A stretch of 63,620 nt of DNA, the filler included, from Octopus bimaculoides (Eukaryota), in assembly GCF_001194135.2 (NCBI RefSeq). It is 4 parts of 4 records of this genome, joined end to end, with 100 filler letters (N's around TTAATTAATTAA, not from the genome) between each part and the next. Parts side by side here need not be neighbours in the genome. Positions count along the whole stretch, not along the records: positions 32,516 to 61,849 come from NC_068983.1; 3 more parts are not named here. One strand, 5' to 3'. Below, one piece after another: positions 38,226 through 51,756 of this stretch (position 1 is the stretch's first letter; each line of letters opens with the position of its first letter). Both the position numbers and the translations under genes were made by a program. The notes under the pieces were generated by a model, which saw only the letters and a list, made by a program, of their open reading frames with translations, was not told the origin of the DNA and did not search any database.

Positions 38226-39089
38226 ATGGTGTTGATGCAGAATAACGGTTTCAGTTAAGATGTTCGCAGTAAGATTTGTTATTTTTATTGAAATTTGTTG
38301 CATTCCTGGGTTAGTTTCAACTTCTGTGATGGCTTCTACGTGTGTGTGTTTGTGTGTGTGTGTGTGCGTATGTGCGTGTGTATGCGTGTGAGTGTGCCTG
38401 TGTGAATGCCAGTTTGTGCATGCTTGTGTGTGTATGTATGTGTGTATGTGTGCGTGTGTGTGTGTGTGTGTGTGTATGTAGTGAGAAAATATATATATAA
38501 GGTTAGTGTTTTATGCTCTTCTCTCTATTAAAACACGTAACGTAACAGACGTATTTGTCAGCGGTAGGCGGACGACTTTAGAACAGTAAACGAAGGTTGA
38601 GGCGTGGTGATGGAAGGATTTTAGTTCTGCTGACTAACGTAACTCGGGTTGGGGAACAAGCTGTAGATTTGGGTGGAGGTTATGGGTGTAGTAACTCAGC
38701 AGTCGTTTTGAAGGTGAAAATGAGATTTAGAATAATAAAGGGTAAAGTATGCGTTAAGACAAGTGGTACTTCAACCTCATTAAATAAAAGATGTACAGCT
38801 ATTTATTTATTCCACATACACTGAGTTTAACACGTCAAAAGGAGTTTTCATTGAGGTCAATCCATTATGCTTTGATTCCAATCTAAACTTTTCCGAGATC
38901 TCAATAATAAAGAAAGAAAGAAAGAAAAGAGGGGGTACTATTCTCAATGTACTGGTAATTAGATTTCTCTGTTATTCCTACCACTACTATAACGGTAGCT
39001 ATCATCCACTTACAAAATACAATTTCATTAATTCTGCTGAATCTACTGACATGCCTTGTCTAAACATATCTTTTATCTTTTGCTTTGCT

Positions 39090-40747
39090 TGTTTCAGTAA
39101 TTATCTGTGGTTATGCTGGAGCATCGCCTTAAAGTGTTTTCTTTCTTTCTTTATTTATATATTTCTGTGTTTTGGTAGCTTTTTCGGTTTTTTGTTGTTT
39201 TTGTTAAATTTTGTTTTTCATTGTCGAAATAATCAACCCCAATCCTTTGTTTTAAAAGCCTGGTACTTATTCTATGCTGAACGGTTATATAGTTGTGGGG
39301 AGGGGTAAACAAACTAACACCGGTTGTCAAGCGACATTGGTGAGAGTGTTTGCGTCAAACAAAATCACTCACACACAAGCGCGCGGCACCTTGGGCAAGT
39401 GTCTTCTGCTATAGCCTCGGGACGACCAAAGCCTTGTGAGTGGATTTGGTAAACGGAAACTGAAAGAAGCCTGTCGTATATATGTGTGTGTGTTTGTGTG
39501 TGTGTTTGTGTGTGTATATGTTTGTGTGTCTGTGTTTGTCCCCCCAACATTGCTTGACAACCGATGGTGGTGTGTTTATGTATATACATGCATACATACA
39601 TACATACATACATACATACATACATACATACATACATACATACGCACACACACAAACATACATACATATCATTCTCATACAAGAATAGTTTCCATTTACC
39701 AAATTCATTTACAAGGCTTTGATCAGCCGGGGGCTATAGTAGAGAACACTTGCTCAAGGTGCCCACGCAGTGGGACTGAACCCAAACCGGAACCATGTAG
39801 TTGGAAAGCAAGCTTCTTACCACACAGCCACGCCTGCCGTTATATAGTATATTTATTGTTATCATATTGGTTTCAAATTTTCGTACAAGGCCAGCAATTT
39901 CAGAGGAGGAGTTGAGTCGATTACATTTGATACCAGTGCTTAACTGGTGCCTATTTTATCGACCTCGAAAGGATGAAAGGCAAAATCGACCTCGGCGGAA
40001 TTTGAACTCAGAACATAAAGGCAGACGAAATGCCACTGAGCATTTTGCCCGGCATACTACCGATTTTTTCAGCTCGCCGCCTTCAAATTTATAATCATAT
40101 TGTAAAGAGTAACACGTTACTATATTCACTTATTTATTGTATCCATTGTATAAGAGCTAACACATCACTAAATTCCTTACAGCCATACAGTATGGGTAAC
40201 ATGTTATTCTATCTGCATATTTGTATTATTTGTAAGAGCTAATATATAACTTTATTCATTCTAGACAAACTGAGAGGATTAACATGCTGTTATATTTATT
40301 GTAGACATGCTGCAAGATATAATATAACTGCAATCATATTGGTTTCAAATTTTGGCACATGGCCAGCAAGTTTGGGGGAGGAGGTGAGTCGATTACTGCT
40401 CAACTGGTCTGCAATCATATTGCTCTATTCATTGCAGTCATATATATTGCAGCTATATTGTAGCCATAGTATTACGATATTACGACTAATATTCATTGAA
40501 TCTATATGATAAGAGTTAACACATACATTCTTTTCTTTTCTACTCTAGGCACGCAAGGCCCAACATTTGGGGGGGGGGCAGTCGATTAGTTCGACCTCAG
40601 GAAGCAACTGGTACTTAATTTATCAACCTCGAAAGGATAAAAGGCTAAGTCGACCTCGGTGGAATTTGAACTTAGAACAAAAAGACAGACGAAATACCGC
40701 TAAGCATCTCAGCCGGCGTGCTAACGTTTCTGCCAGCTCGTCGCCTT
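39090..40747. mobile_element. Cluster of nested or fragmented family A and B SINEs in both orientations
   Basis: A(-) tail 39090-39350, A(+) 39385-39580, A(-) head 39680-39840, B(-) 39860-40083, B(-) 40529-40747. Confidence 0.75.
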
Positions 40748-40927
40748 GATACGTACAGTCTTAACTGGAAACATATGACTTTGTTTTGTAAAACAAAATA
40801 GTCTCAAATGATTTAGTCTAAATTCATCATATTATATTGTCTCTATCTTTCGCTCTCTGGCTCTCTTTCTCTCTCCCTCCCTCTCTCTCTCTCTCTCTTT
40901 CTCTCTCTTTCGTTCAGTCCATCACTG

Positions 40928-41150
40928 TGTTGTTGGCACTCCGTCGCTTACGACGTCGAGGGTTCCAGTTGATCCGATCAACGGAACAGCCTGCTCGTGA
41001 AATTAACGTGCAAGTGGCTGAGCATTCCACCGACACGTGTACCCTTAACGCAGTTCTCGGGGATATTCAGCGTGAGACAGTGTGACAAGGCTGGCCCTTT
41101 GAAATACAGGTACAACAGAAATAGGAAGAAAGAGTGAGAGAAACTTGTGG
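40928..41150 (-). mobile_element. SINE family C, 3' part (rest in gap)
   Basis: GTTGTTGGCACTCCGTCGCTTACGACGTCGAGGG..., the same as at 24051. Confidence 0.9.
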
Positions 41151-42981
41151 NNNNNNNNNNNNNNNNNNNNNNNNNNNNNNNNNNNNNNNNNNNNNNNNNN
41201 NNNNNNNNNNNNNNNNNNNNNNNNNNNNNNNNNNNNNNNNNNNNNNNNNNNNNNNNNNNNNNNNNNNNNNNNNNNNNNNNNNNNNNNNNNNNNNNNNNNN
41301 NNNNNNNNNNNNNNNNNNNNNNNNNNNNNNNNNNNNNNNNNNNNNNNNNNNNNNNNNNNNNNNNNNNNNNNNNNNNNNNNNNNNNNNNNNNNNNNNNNNN
41401 NNNNNNNNNNNNNNNNNNNNNNNNNNNNNNNNNNNNNNNNNNNNNNNNNNNNNNNNNNNNNNNNNNNNNNNNNNNNNNNNNNNNNNNNNNNNNNNNNNNN
41501 NNNNNNNNNNNNNNNNNNNNNNNNNNNNNNNNNNNNNNNNNNNNNNNNNNNNNNNNNNNNNNNNNNNNNNNNNNNNNNNNNNNNNNNNNNNNNNNNNNNN
41601 NNNNNNNNNNNNNNNNNNNNNNNNNNNNNNNNNNNNNNNNNNNNNNNNNNNNNNNNNNNNNNNNNNNNNNNNNNNNNNNNNNNNNNNNNNNNNNNNNNNN
41701 NNNNNNNNNNNNNNNNNNNNNNNNNNNNNNNNNNNNNNNNNNNATATATATATATATATATATATATATAGATATCATAGTCAAGAATATGTCAGAGAGA
41801 TAGAATGTAGTTAGGACTCGAAGTACTGCTGACTTTATCCACAGTATCAGATACTTTACAACTGGTGTACTGTTTTCACATCTGGAATATCGTTCAAAAC
41901 ACACACATAGAGATTTTGAATTGTACATAGAAAAGGTTATCTGCATGATAAACAAATCTCCGCCCTCAATACGCTATAGCTAGATTACTCTCCACAACAC
42001 TGTATCCCCTGTTTGTTTCTTCTGCATTTACTATTACATCGAACTGAAAATGGATCTTCGTCGTTATCAGCGATGAATATTCAGTTGTTCGATCAACTGA
42101 ATTTCCTTCTTCGTGAATTTCCATGTCAATGGCCGAACATTTTCCTAATACATGTACCCTTGACATAATTTCCATGTGTATGACAATCTGTGTCTTTAAA
42201 TTAAAAGTACAATCCAAACGATGGCTTTTCATGCAGTTTCTATTTACCCAATTCCATACACGCACACGCACACACACACACACACACACACAAACGCACA
42301 CACACACACACACACACATACACACCCATACACACACATGCACGCATACGCGGATCTTGCGTCCACTCGAGGCTATGATAAAACGCTTTATTAGATGTTA
42401 TTTACTAGGAGCGAACATTAGACCGCGTGATCGTGAAGGCAACTTTTTAACCATTTGGCTATGATGCATCCATACTTCTAACTGTAGAAAGGCTGTCTCA
42501 GATTGTTGACACGTGTGCATCATACTTGTTTACAGTGATGAAAATACGTGATAAAAAAAAACTCTAAACCTCTGAACATTTACCATGTGGTCGCCGGCCT
42601 GCTAGAAGTGACAGCCACCAAAACTCTTTCATAATACACCCACTCCCAGTTTAAAAGATGAGAAGAGCACATTAGATAATGCGATCGGCACATTAGATAT
42701 TGTGATCTCAGGTATACTGTATCTGAATAAAGTGGAGTGGTTATTGCTTATGCCGTTGATTATAGGTTTGCTCTACGGGGACTGCTCTAGAGCTATAAAA
42801 GAAAAACGACAGATACCATGCGGTGTTTATTGTGTTAAACTGTTGATGTATATTCTCCTAGTAGGAAATTGTTGGTACTATATATAATCGATACATTTTT
42901 TCATTAGCTTACATTATTAAGTTAATAGTTCAAATCCAACCTCAGACTGAATGAAAACAATCTAAAGATATTCTTGATGTA

Positions 42982-43200
42982 CGGGGGCGAGGTGCTAAAA
43001 AGTTCCAGGCTTTGGGTAAAAGAAAATACAGGAGGATCAGTCAATTATGATTTTATTCAACATATTCCCCTCTCACATTCACACACTTATTACAGCGACC
43101 CTTCAGTTTTTCTAAGTCTTGAAAAAGAACTCGGAAGTTTGGATCTCCAACTGGGCCTTTCGCGATACCCTTAAAGCCAAGAACTTTTCAGCACCCCTCG
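42982..43200. mobile_element. Mariner-type MITE
   Basis: TA|CGGGGG..GGTGCTAAAAAGTTCCAGGCTTT ... AAAGCCAAGAACTTTTCAGCACCCCTCG|TA. Confidence 0.85.
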
Positions 43201-43418
43201 TATCACGCACGGAATATTGTCTTAAATTATTTATTCTCGAACATACTCTGAAGTTAGGGTCTGAAATAATGTTGTGTCTAACATTGCCGCAAATTAGAAA
43301 TAGGTAGGGTTTGAACTCGAACCCTTGAAACTAACAAAAGAATCTAGTTTCATAGTATCTCAGTTAATTGATTGGTGGTGGTGATGGTGGGTAATACGCT
43401 ATATCTTATCTTTATAAA

Positions 43419-43811
43419 GTGGAGGCGCAATGGCCCAGTGGTTAGGGCAGCGGATTCACGGTCATAGGATCGCGGTTTCGATTCCCAGACCGGGCGTTGT
43501 GAGTGTTTATTGAGCGAAAACATCTAAAGCTCCACGAGGCTCCGGCAGGGGATGGTGATGAACCCTGCTGTACTCTTTCACCACAACTTTCTCTCACTCT
43601 TACTTCCTGTTTCTGTTGTGCCTGTAATTCAAAGGGTCAGCCTTGTCACACTGTGTCACACTGAATATCCCCGAGAACTACGTTAAGGGTACACGTTTCT
43701 GTGGAGTGCTCAGCCACTTGCACGTTAATTTCACGAGCAGGCTGTTCCGTTGATCGGATCAACTGGAACCCTCGACATCGTAAGCGACGGAGTGCCAACA
43801 ACAACAACAAC
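43419..43811 (+). mobile_element. SINE family C, full length, 11-bp TSD
   Basis: TSD ATCTTTATAAA at 43408-43418 and 43812-43822; (AAC)n tail. Confidence 0.93.
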
Positions 43812-46240
43812 ATCTTTATAAAATTCGCTGGACTGAATTGCTCTTGATATTTACTATTTGGTCAAGCAATGAACCAGCAGATCAATGAATTAAGACGTTA
43901 CAGTTATAAATAATAATACTCAGTTTTATTCAAACAATATATCTATAACTACACTATCCAGCTTCTCTTTCCTTTCTTAACCTTGTGCAAGTCCAAAGCA
44001 TTTTCATAAGTTTGTCCTAAACACCCATGCTTGTTTTCGGACTTTTAGTTAGGCCTTGTTTTATACGTTCTGAGTAATATAAAGTTTTCCTTTCATAAAT
44101 ACCAAGTTACTCTGGTGACTGGAGAAAGAGATTAGAAACGTGCATCATATATGATGCATGGACACCAGGTATTTATATCTTGTGTATCGCATGTGTATCA
44201 CAAGGCAGATGAATACTCAATAAAATGAAAGTTTATTTGTGGGAATAGCAGCTACTATTTCTAGCAGGTCAAGTTAGTATATAGACGCCCCCATCGTTGG
44301 CTTACAGGTGGAGAGTTAACAATTAAATATCTTGAACATGGGCTTAATTGTCCAGTGCCAATGACAGAATACGAACTTCCGATTCGCCATTTGCAGTTCC
44401 TCTCTTCTTCTCGACCCTAGCTTCCCTCCTTCCCCAATCCCTTTAACCTCAGTATTTCTGGTAAAGAAAAATAGAGAGAAAAAGAAAATGCCTCTGTTTA
44501 TTACACCAACGTGAAATAAATTAGATATTTAAATCAATAATTTGTGTTTTAGAATTTGTTAATATAACTCTCTAGTCCGTTATATTTCATTATATTTCTC
44601 ACACTGTTATTTATAACTGCACTTTGCTTCCTGCTATTTAGAATTCTGTTACATAATTGATATCACACAGAGACTTTTAGCCTTTATGTAACTCGAACAG
44701 TCCGCCATTACCTGTTACTGACTAGATAGCACGCATTCCAGTAAATAGTTATATATTAAATTTTTATTTACTTCGGTATTTATAAACAACGTTAAAATAG
44801 AGAAATGTCATTGCTCCTTAACACGCCTTGATTTAAACCATGTAGTCATCTATGCGTACTTAACAAACCACTTATTTTAGCTTCTGTGATTAATTCAACG
44901 GAAAACCCACAGCGAAGATATATAAAAGAAGGTGGAGATGAAGTTTGCAAGATTTACACTTTAAGCAGCTGGTAATTATCATAAACAAAAGAAAACATAT
45001 GTTTGGGTTAGTCAGTGTCTGATTGCATGGATGCTGAGAAATCATTTATGACAGGCCAGAACGTGGTTCGGTATATGGGGAGATCAAATTTGTCTTGGAT
45101 CTGTCAGTATTTCTCTTATTTTACGCTAAACAAGTGTATAATTCAATATACTTACTTTGTGATATCTTCGCTAATACTCCGATCAAATTACTGTGAAGTT
45201 ACACCTTTTATGCGAACCTTTTGAATATGAAAGCACAAAATTCGTTCTGAGTTTGTTTGTTTGTTTTCACCCTTACATACCAATAAAAGCATCATTTATC
45301 AAGTGATATTTGGAGAGGGTTACAACATATGTGGATGTACTGTGGGTACTTCATGATCTTATCATTGAATATGCTTTCACCAGCCTAGCTGTCTAGTTAT
45401 CAAGCAGATGAACATCCAAACCAAATTCAATCTGTTAGTACTTCTTATAGTTCACGAATACCTCGGAAAGTTTCAGAGAAGCTATACTTCGGCGAAAACC
45501 CCTAAAAATGTAATACGTCTGTCAGAGTTGTCTCATGTACATGTTGATAATAAAATAGACTATAGCCATCATCTAATATTAATTTTTATGTCTTACGTAA
45601 AAATGTGCTAGCGGTTTAATATTTTGTTATTTCGTTTTCCCTTACCTAACCGCCTGTGGATAATTGGAGATAACAATATTCTGCGAAGACAAAGCATGTC
45701 AGATTTGTAGAGTTTAGAGTTGATCAGTCATACGTTCTTTTGGGGCTATTCCCAAGTTAACAAGGCTGTGTGTATAGATAATGACCACACTAAAGTTTGA
45801 GTTGCCAAATATTTGATTAACCTGCATCGTTATATCATTATATTTACAAATTAAAAGATGGCTGTTCAATGAACTTGACGGTTAGAAATCTTCTGTATAT
45901 AATGTGCTGGATAATACAATGAAGGTAAAGCAAGGAAAAATAATCATTACATAAATTAATGTGTTACTAGACTCTATAAATAAAGGTTAGTGCCTTATGT
46001 CGACTTCAATATATGTATGTTACTTATAAGTGAAAGAGGGGAGATATAACAACTTGTTGTGGCAAGTGACAGATTCGCCTAGACGACTTAGCGAATCTCT
46101 AGTTAAGTTGAATTTGCCAGCCTTTTTACAGCTGTTAACCATCCTTCTAGAATCTTCGGCCAAACTGTTTGGCGGGAAAAATCACACACTTCTTTTGAAG
46201 ATCGCTGCTTCAGCCATAAAAAGTCAACTAACGTTCTTTT

Positions 46241-46409
46241 GAGGCGTATGAGTGGCTGTGTGGTAAGTAGCTTGCTTACGAACCGCATGGTTCCGGGTTC
46301 AGTCTCACTGCGTGGCACTTTGGACAAGTGTCTTCTACTAAAGCCTCGGGCCGACCAAAACCTTGTGAGTGGATTTGGTAGACGGAAACTGAAAGAAGAC
46401 CGTCGTATG

Positions 46410-46464
<55 letters not shown>

Positions 46465-46687
46465 CTTTGTATATGTTTGTGTGTCTGTGTTTGTTCCCCC
46501 AACATCGCTTGACAATCGATGCTGGTGTGTTTACGTCCCCGTAACTTAGCGGTTCGGCAAAAGAGACCGATAGAATAAGTAGTAGGCTTACAAAGAATAA
46601 GTCCTGAGGTCGATTTGCTCGACTGAAGGCGGTGCTCCAGCATGGCCACAGTCAAATGACTAAAACAAGTAAAATAGTAAAAGAGTA
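46241..46687 (+). mobile_element. SINE family A, full-length, consensus-like copy
   Basis: A-box-like TGGCTGTGTGG, B-box-like GGTTCAGTC, internal (TA)n, tail ...GACTAAAACAAGTAAAA. Confidence 0.9.
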
Positions 46688-49329
46688 ACACTGACTGGTC
46701 GAGTTATTTTTATGTAGGCGTTAATACTGTTATGGTAACACTTTTCTTTTTCATGGAGGTTCTAGACTGGATAAATTTAAGAGCTAGGGTTTAAATCTCA
46801 GCTGAGGTTTCACTACAAGAGAAAGGGAAATGAAGCAGCTTGAATTTCATACATTTTTCTGTGCCGTAGACCAAATGAAGAGAAATGAAATGGTTTACAC
46901 GTGTAAATCAAAACTGATTGAAGATGTTTATCTACCACCCTTCATATGCATGATATTGACTTCTAACATAGGCATTGAATTTCGAATTGGGTGGGGGAGT
47001 ATATTATCGATTAAATTGACCCCGAGACTTAATTGGTATATCAATTCTGAATGAAAGATAATAACCCGGTGGTATTTGAATATAAAATGTATAAAGATGT
47101 AACTAAATACAGCCGTTTTTCAATCCACCGCCCTCTTCAAACGTGTAATATTGATTTCTGAAATTATTCACAGATTTGAGGAGACAGTATAGTTAATTAA
47201 GATCCTCCCCCTCCATAACAATTGACTGATAATTTAATTTCTTCTTCCTGGAGTATGAAAGGCCAGTTTAACTTCGGCGAGATTTAAGCTCAGAACACAA
47301 ATGGATGTAAGTATACATTATATAGGGTAATATTTTCAAAGGATGTAGTTAATTAGGTTCGACTCAGTTACCGACTGTTACTTTATTTCTTCGACCTCAA
47401 GAAAGGTAAAGTTAAGTAGACCGTTGCAAAATTCAATACCTACGTTGCCTGTAACATTCGAATATTAAGTAATGCTAAGTAAATTTGTTTTCTGCAGTAA
47501 ATTTCAGTTACAGACAACAAATCGAGACTATAAGATTTGGCTAATCTCTGTTTAAGACGATAAACGTTACAACAAATTAGTCGTAAAGAAGATATTTTGG
47601 AAATGAATCGTTTAAATATTAATAACTCCACCGAGTCTATTGGGAATAGTTATTTTCTAGTTACATCGCATAAATTATTCATGGAGATAAAGAAAGAAAA
47701 AAAACCTTTACTTTTTATACTTTGTCATTACAATCCAAATAACCCACCAGTTTTCTAAATGTGGGTATTTTTTTAGATAAATATTTTTGTTCCAAAATTC
47801 GATTTCCAAAACTCTGTAGCAATATTTCCCGATTTCAAGTATAATTAGATATAGAAACATTTCTCAAAGCCTTCCACGAGAGAGAGAAGCGACTTTTATC
47901 TTTCAAAATTTTAACGAGTGCCTGACTGAAAAAATCAAATGAATAAAAATTGAGTGAAATATTCTGTTAGCAATGCAAATAATAATATAACAGAAAGTGA
48001 ATCGGTTATGTCTTAATGCCTACGACTGATGAGGGAGCCTACACAGCCAATAAGGGCCCTCAACATAGTTGTTCGATCTGCTAGAAATAGTAACCACGTC
48101 TCCCTCAAATCACAGCCAACGTCTTAAATTACATAACGTTATCAATGTAACACATACACATTCATATAGTACTGCGTACATACAATTGATTACTTCGTTA
48201 CCAAGATCACATAAGCTTCATGGAGCCTAGCGAAAGCTCACAAAGGAAATCAAGTAAAGGTCTACAAAGATACGTGAAAGTCTGAGATGGCTAATAAATG
48301 CCAAAGAAACCTCAAAAGTACTGGAATAGAGGTGATTCTAATTCTGAGGCTGGAAGTGAATCAATACTATCTTAATGTCTACGATAGACAAAGAAGTTCA
48401 TACGAGCCAACGAGAGATCTTCTGTGTGCGCACATATACAATTAGACATAATAATGTCTCCCTCAAATCATTCACTGTTACCTTATATTGGAAACAATAC
48501 ATTTTAATAATGTATTTTTTTCCATATAAAGATACTCTTAATAAAATTTCTAAAAAAGATTGTCGTTGCTGGGATAAAAATAAAACTAAACAACACATCG
48601 TCTTTTCCATTCGATTTTATTCCGACAACGAGATCATAGGTATCACCTTTCAAGAAACTGTTCGCTCACTGCACAAGACAATGACTAATATTCAACTGCC
48701 AAATGATACAGTCGTCAAAACAGTTGTGTCCCTTCATACTGAGCCTAGCGCATATACATCACAACTGTTTTGATCATTGTAGGTCATTTTGTCTCATAAC
48801 GGTCGTCACTAGTCGTCTCAGGTTATCACCGGCTGCCTTGTGTTAAAATACATTAAAATAATATTATGTTTGAGAGGGTGGGAAATCTGTTTGTACCTAT
48901 CCGTGTGTATGTATGCGTGAGCATACACAACGAAATAGACTCTATGATCTTAACTACAAACATAACGGTGTATGACACATACACATTAAAATCATACACA
49001 CACACACAAACACACACATACGCGCACACACTCAGAGAGACGGAGATACACATACACACACATTGTGTGTGTGCTCACTTGTGTGTATGAAGGCATGTGG
49101 TATAGTGGCTAGGGTGTTGCTCGCAAGATTATGGTTTCAGTCCCCAGACCGGTTGTGCGTTGTGCTCTTGAGCAAGACACTTCATTTCACGTTGCGGCAA
49201 TCCACTCACCTATAAATGGGTGGCTCTGCGATGGACTGGCATTCTGTTGAAGTGGAAATTTGGTCTGCTCGCCTAGCATCACACGAAGGCTACAGGAATG
49301 CGAAGAGCGCCTTGTGACCGAAAAAGACG

Positions 49330-49760
49330 AACCCATCAAAGGAACACAATATCATTTCTAGTAACAAGTTTAATGATAACAGATGTTGAACGTGTCAATA
49401 CATGCATACAGGTGGATACATTAGAACAAAAAATGGACTGATATTCGCAAATGCAGATATGAACTGCAAAAGCAGAAATCTGATATACTGCATTAAATAC
49501 CCGAATTGCAAGGAATTATAGGCGAGACAGGGAATGCATTATCGGAACGTTCACGAATCCACAGACAACAAATCCAGAACACCAATATTCGCCAAATTCC
49601 ATTGAGCGAACAAATAGAGACATGTGGTAAGAAAATTTTTCCTTTCCACAAACTACATGACACAAGTGAGGTTGGAAGAAAGATAAAAGAAAAATGGTTT
49701 ATTATAATGTTCAAACCTGTTCTGAACGGAAATAACAGCAACAATATAGCAACCAGTTAC
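49330..49760 (+). mobile_element. Penelope-like element GIY-YIG endonuclease remnant
   Basis: NCKSRNLIYCIK.P.CK. (frameshift) IGETGNALSER.R.HRQQI...RQIPLSEQ...C...IFPF.K...R..KE..FI..FKP.LN, typical of the PLE GIY-YIG C-terminus. Confidence 0.8.
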
Positions 49761-49930
49761 TGATGTGGATTAATAAATATAAACAATTTACAGAATATCG
49801 GTACGCCTGGAAAACCGTAATGTTTAAGAGTATGCGGATTGATCAAAATGGTATTCTAAAAATTCAGCTGGTTGGAGCGTTCTAAGAGGTACTAAAGTTG
49901 TCAAGAACTCAACTGTCTGCTAAGCACATT

Positions 49931-49972
49931 TGAAATCTGATGAGTACACTATGTATGAAATCTTTAATTTTG
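49931..49972 (+). ncRNA. Decayed type-I hammerhead motif downstream of the Penelope ORF
   Basis: TGAAAT-CTGATGA-GTAC-ACTAT-GTAT-GAAA-TCTT-TA-ATTTTG. Stem I 6 bp (2 G-U), stem II 4 bp, stem III unpaired. Confidence 0.55.
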
Positions 49973-50063
49973 TTAAAATACCATTTTTTAAATAAGTGAA
50001 AACCAGACTGTTTTAACATTATTCAATTAATATATTATTCTATACACATTCACACAAATTCGA

Positions 50064-50101
<38 letters not shown>

Positions 50102-51315
50102 TTAGGGAAAATAACCAAGTTTCAAGAACTCATCGATGAAAATCCACTATCACATATAAAAAAATTAATAATTAAAAGCACAATAAATGAGTATAATATA
50201 AAGTAAAGTAAATATCATAAGATAAATATAATAAAAAGATTACACGTGTTTCATAACTAATTTTCAAATTGAAAAGAAATTTAAATCGATTAAAATCAAT
50301 TGAAATTATCGAAAATTATCGAAAATAAACATAATATTATGTTGAAACGAAACTATATTATTCATTTGGTTCTTTNNNNNNNNNNNNNNNNNNNNNNNNN
50401 NNNNNNNNNNNNNNNNNNNNNNNNNNNNNNNNNNNNNNNNNNNNNNNNNNNNNNNNNNNNNNNNNNNNNNNNNNNNNNNNNNNNNNNNNNNNNNNNNNNN
50501 NNNNNNNNNNNNNNNNNNNNNNNNNNNNNNNNNNNNNNNNNNNNNNNNNNNNNNNNNNNNNNNNNNNNNNNNNNNNNNNNNNNNNNNNNNNNNNNNNNNN
50601 NNNNNNNNNNNNNNNNNNNNNNNNNNNNNNNNNNNNNNNNNNNNNNNNNNNNNNNNNNNNNNNNNNNNNNNNNNNNNNNNNNNNNNNNNNNNNNNNNNNN
50701 NNNNNNNNNNNNNNNNNNNNNNNNNNNNNNNNNNNNNNNNNNNNNNNNNNNNNNNNNNNNNNNNNNNNNNNNNNNNNNNNNNNNNNNNNNNNNNNNNNNN
50801 NNNNNNNNNNNNNNNNNNNNNNNNNNNNNNNNNNNNNNNNNNNNNNNNNNNNNNNNNNNNNNNNNNNNNNNNNNNNNNNNNNNNNNNNNNNNNNNNNNNN
50901 NNNNNNNNNNNNNNNNNNNNNNNNNNNNNNNNNNNNNNNNNNNNNNNNNNNNNNNNNNNNNNNNNNNNNNNNNNNNNNNNNNNNNNNNNNNNNNNNNNNN
51001 NNNNNNNNNNNNNNNNNNNNNNNNNNNNNNNNNNNNNNNNNNNNNNNNNNNNNNNNNNNNNNNNNNNNNNNNNNNNNNNNNNNNNNNNNNNNNNNNNNNN
51101 NNNNNNNNNNNNNNNNNNNNNNNNNNNNNNNNNNNNNNNNNNNNNNNNNNNNNNNNNNNNNNNNNNNNNNNNNNNNNNNNNNNNNNNNNNNNNNNNNNNN
51201 NNNNNNNNNNNNNNNNNNNNNNNNNNNNNNNNNNNNNNNNNNNNNNNNNNNNNNNNNNNNNNCTGGTCCAAGTGTGAAGTCTTTTAAAATCTCTTAAATA
51301 ATTTTTAACTTTTCG

Positions 51316-51405
51316 AATAATCCCTGATGAAGGAAATGTATATATTCGAGATGGGTACAAATAGGTCGCCCATTCTAAAATATCCGAAATGGTCGTAGAA
51401 TATGT
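51316..51405 (+). ncRNA. Hammerhead-like motif with an extended stem II
   Basis: CTGATGA(51324-30) A-GGA...ATGGG/CCCAT...TCC GAAA(51386-89) TGGTCG TA. Stem I is weak. Confidence 0.4.
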
Positions 51406-51722
51406 ATGAATTTGATCTCTGGACTTAAGTATTCGCTTTTTTTTTAGCTACTCAAGCATTTTAATATTTTCAATTTTGCAATGCATTGACCGTGTACATT
51501 TAACCTTGTTGTTGTTGTTGTTGTTATTGAGTCTCCACGTCGAACGTGTGCAATTTTTGTCTGGCTTAATCCTTCCTCAGATTTAAGGGCAGTGCATAGT
51601 TTCCACAAATTTGGATGTGTGAATGTTAGTGATGAGCGCAAAGCATTGTGGAACCCTTCTATATAGATATAGTGCTCCAGCATGGCCGCAGTCAAATGAC
51701 TGAAATATGTAAAAGAATAAAA

Positions 51723-51756
<34 letters not shown>

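Noticed and set aside
48025-48090. CTGATGA followed by a GC hairpin (possible hammerhead)
   Set aside because: No correctly placed GAAA or stems I/III; it abuts a common SINE tail.
50100-50270. Minus-strand GATGAG...GAAAC and GAAACACGTGTA half-motifs
   Set aside because: No complete CUGANGA core with paired stems.
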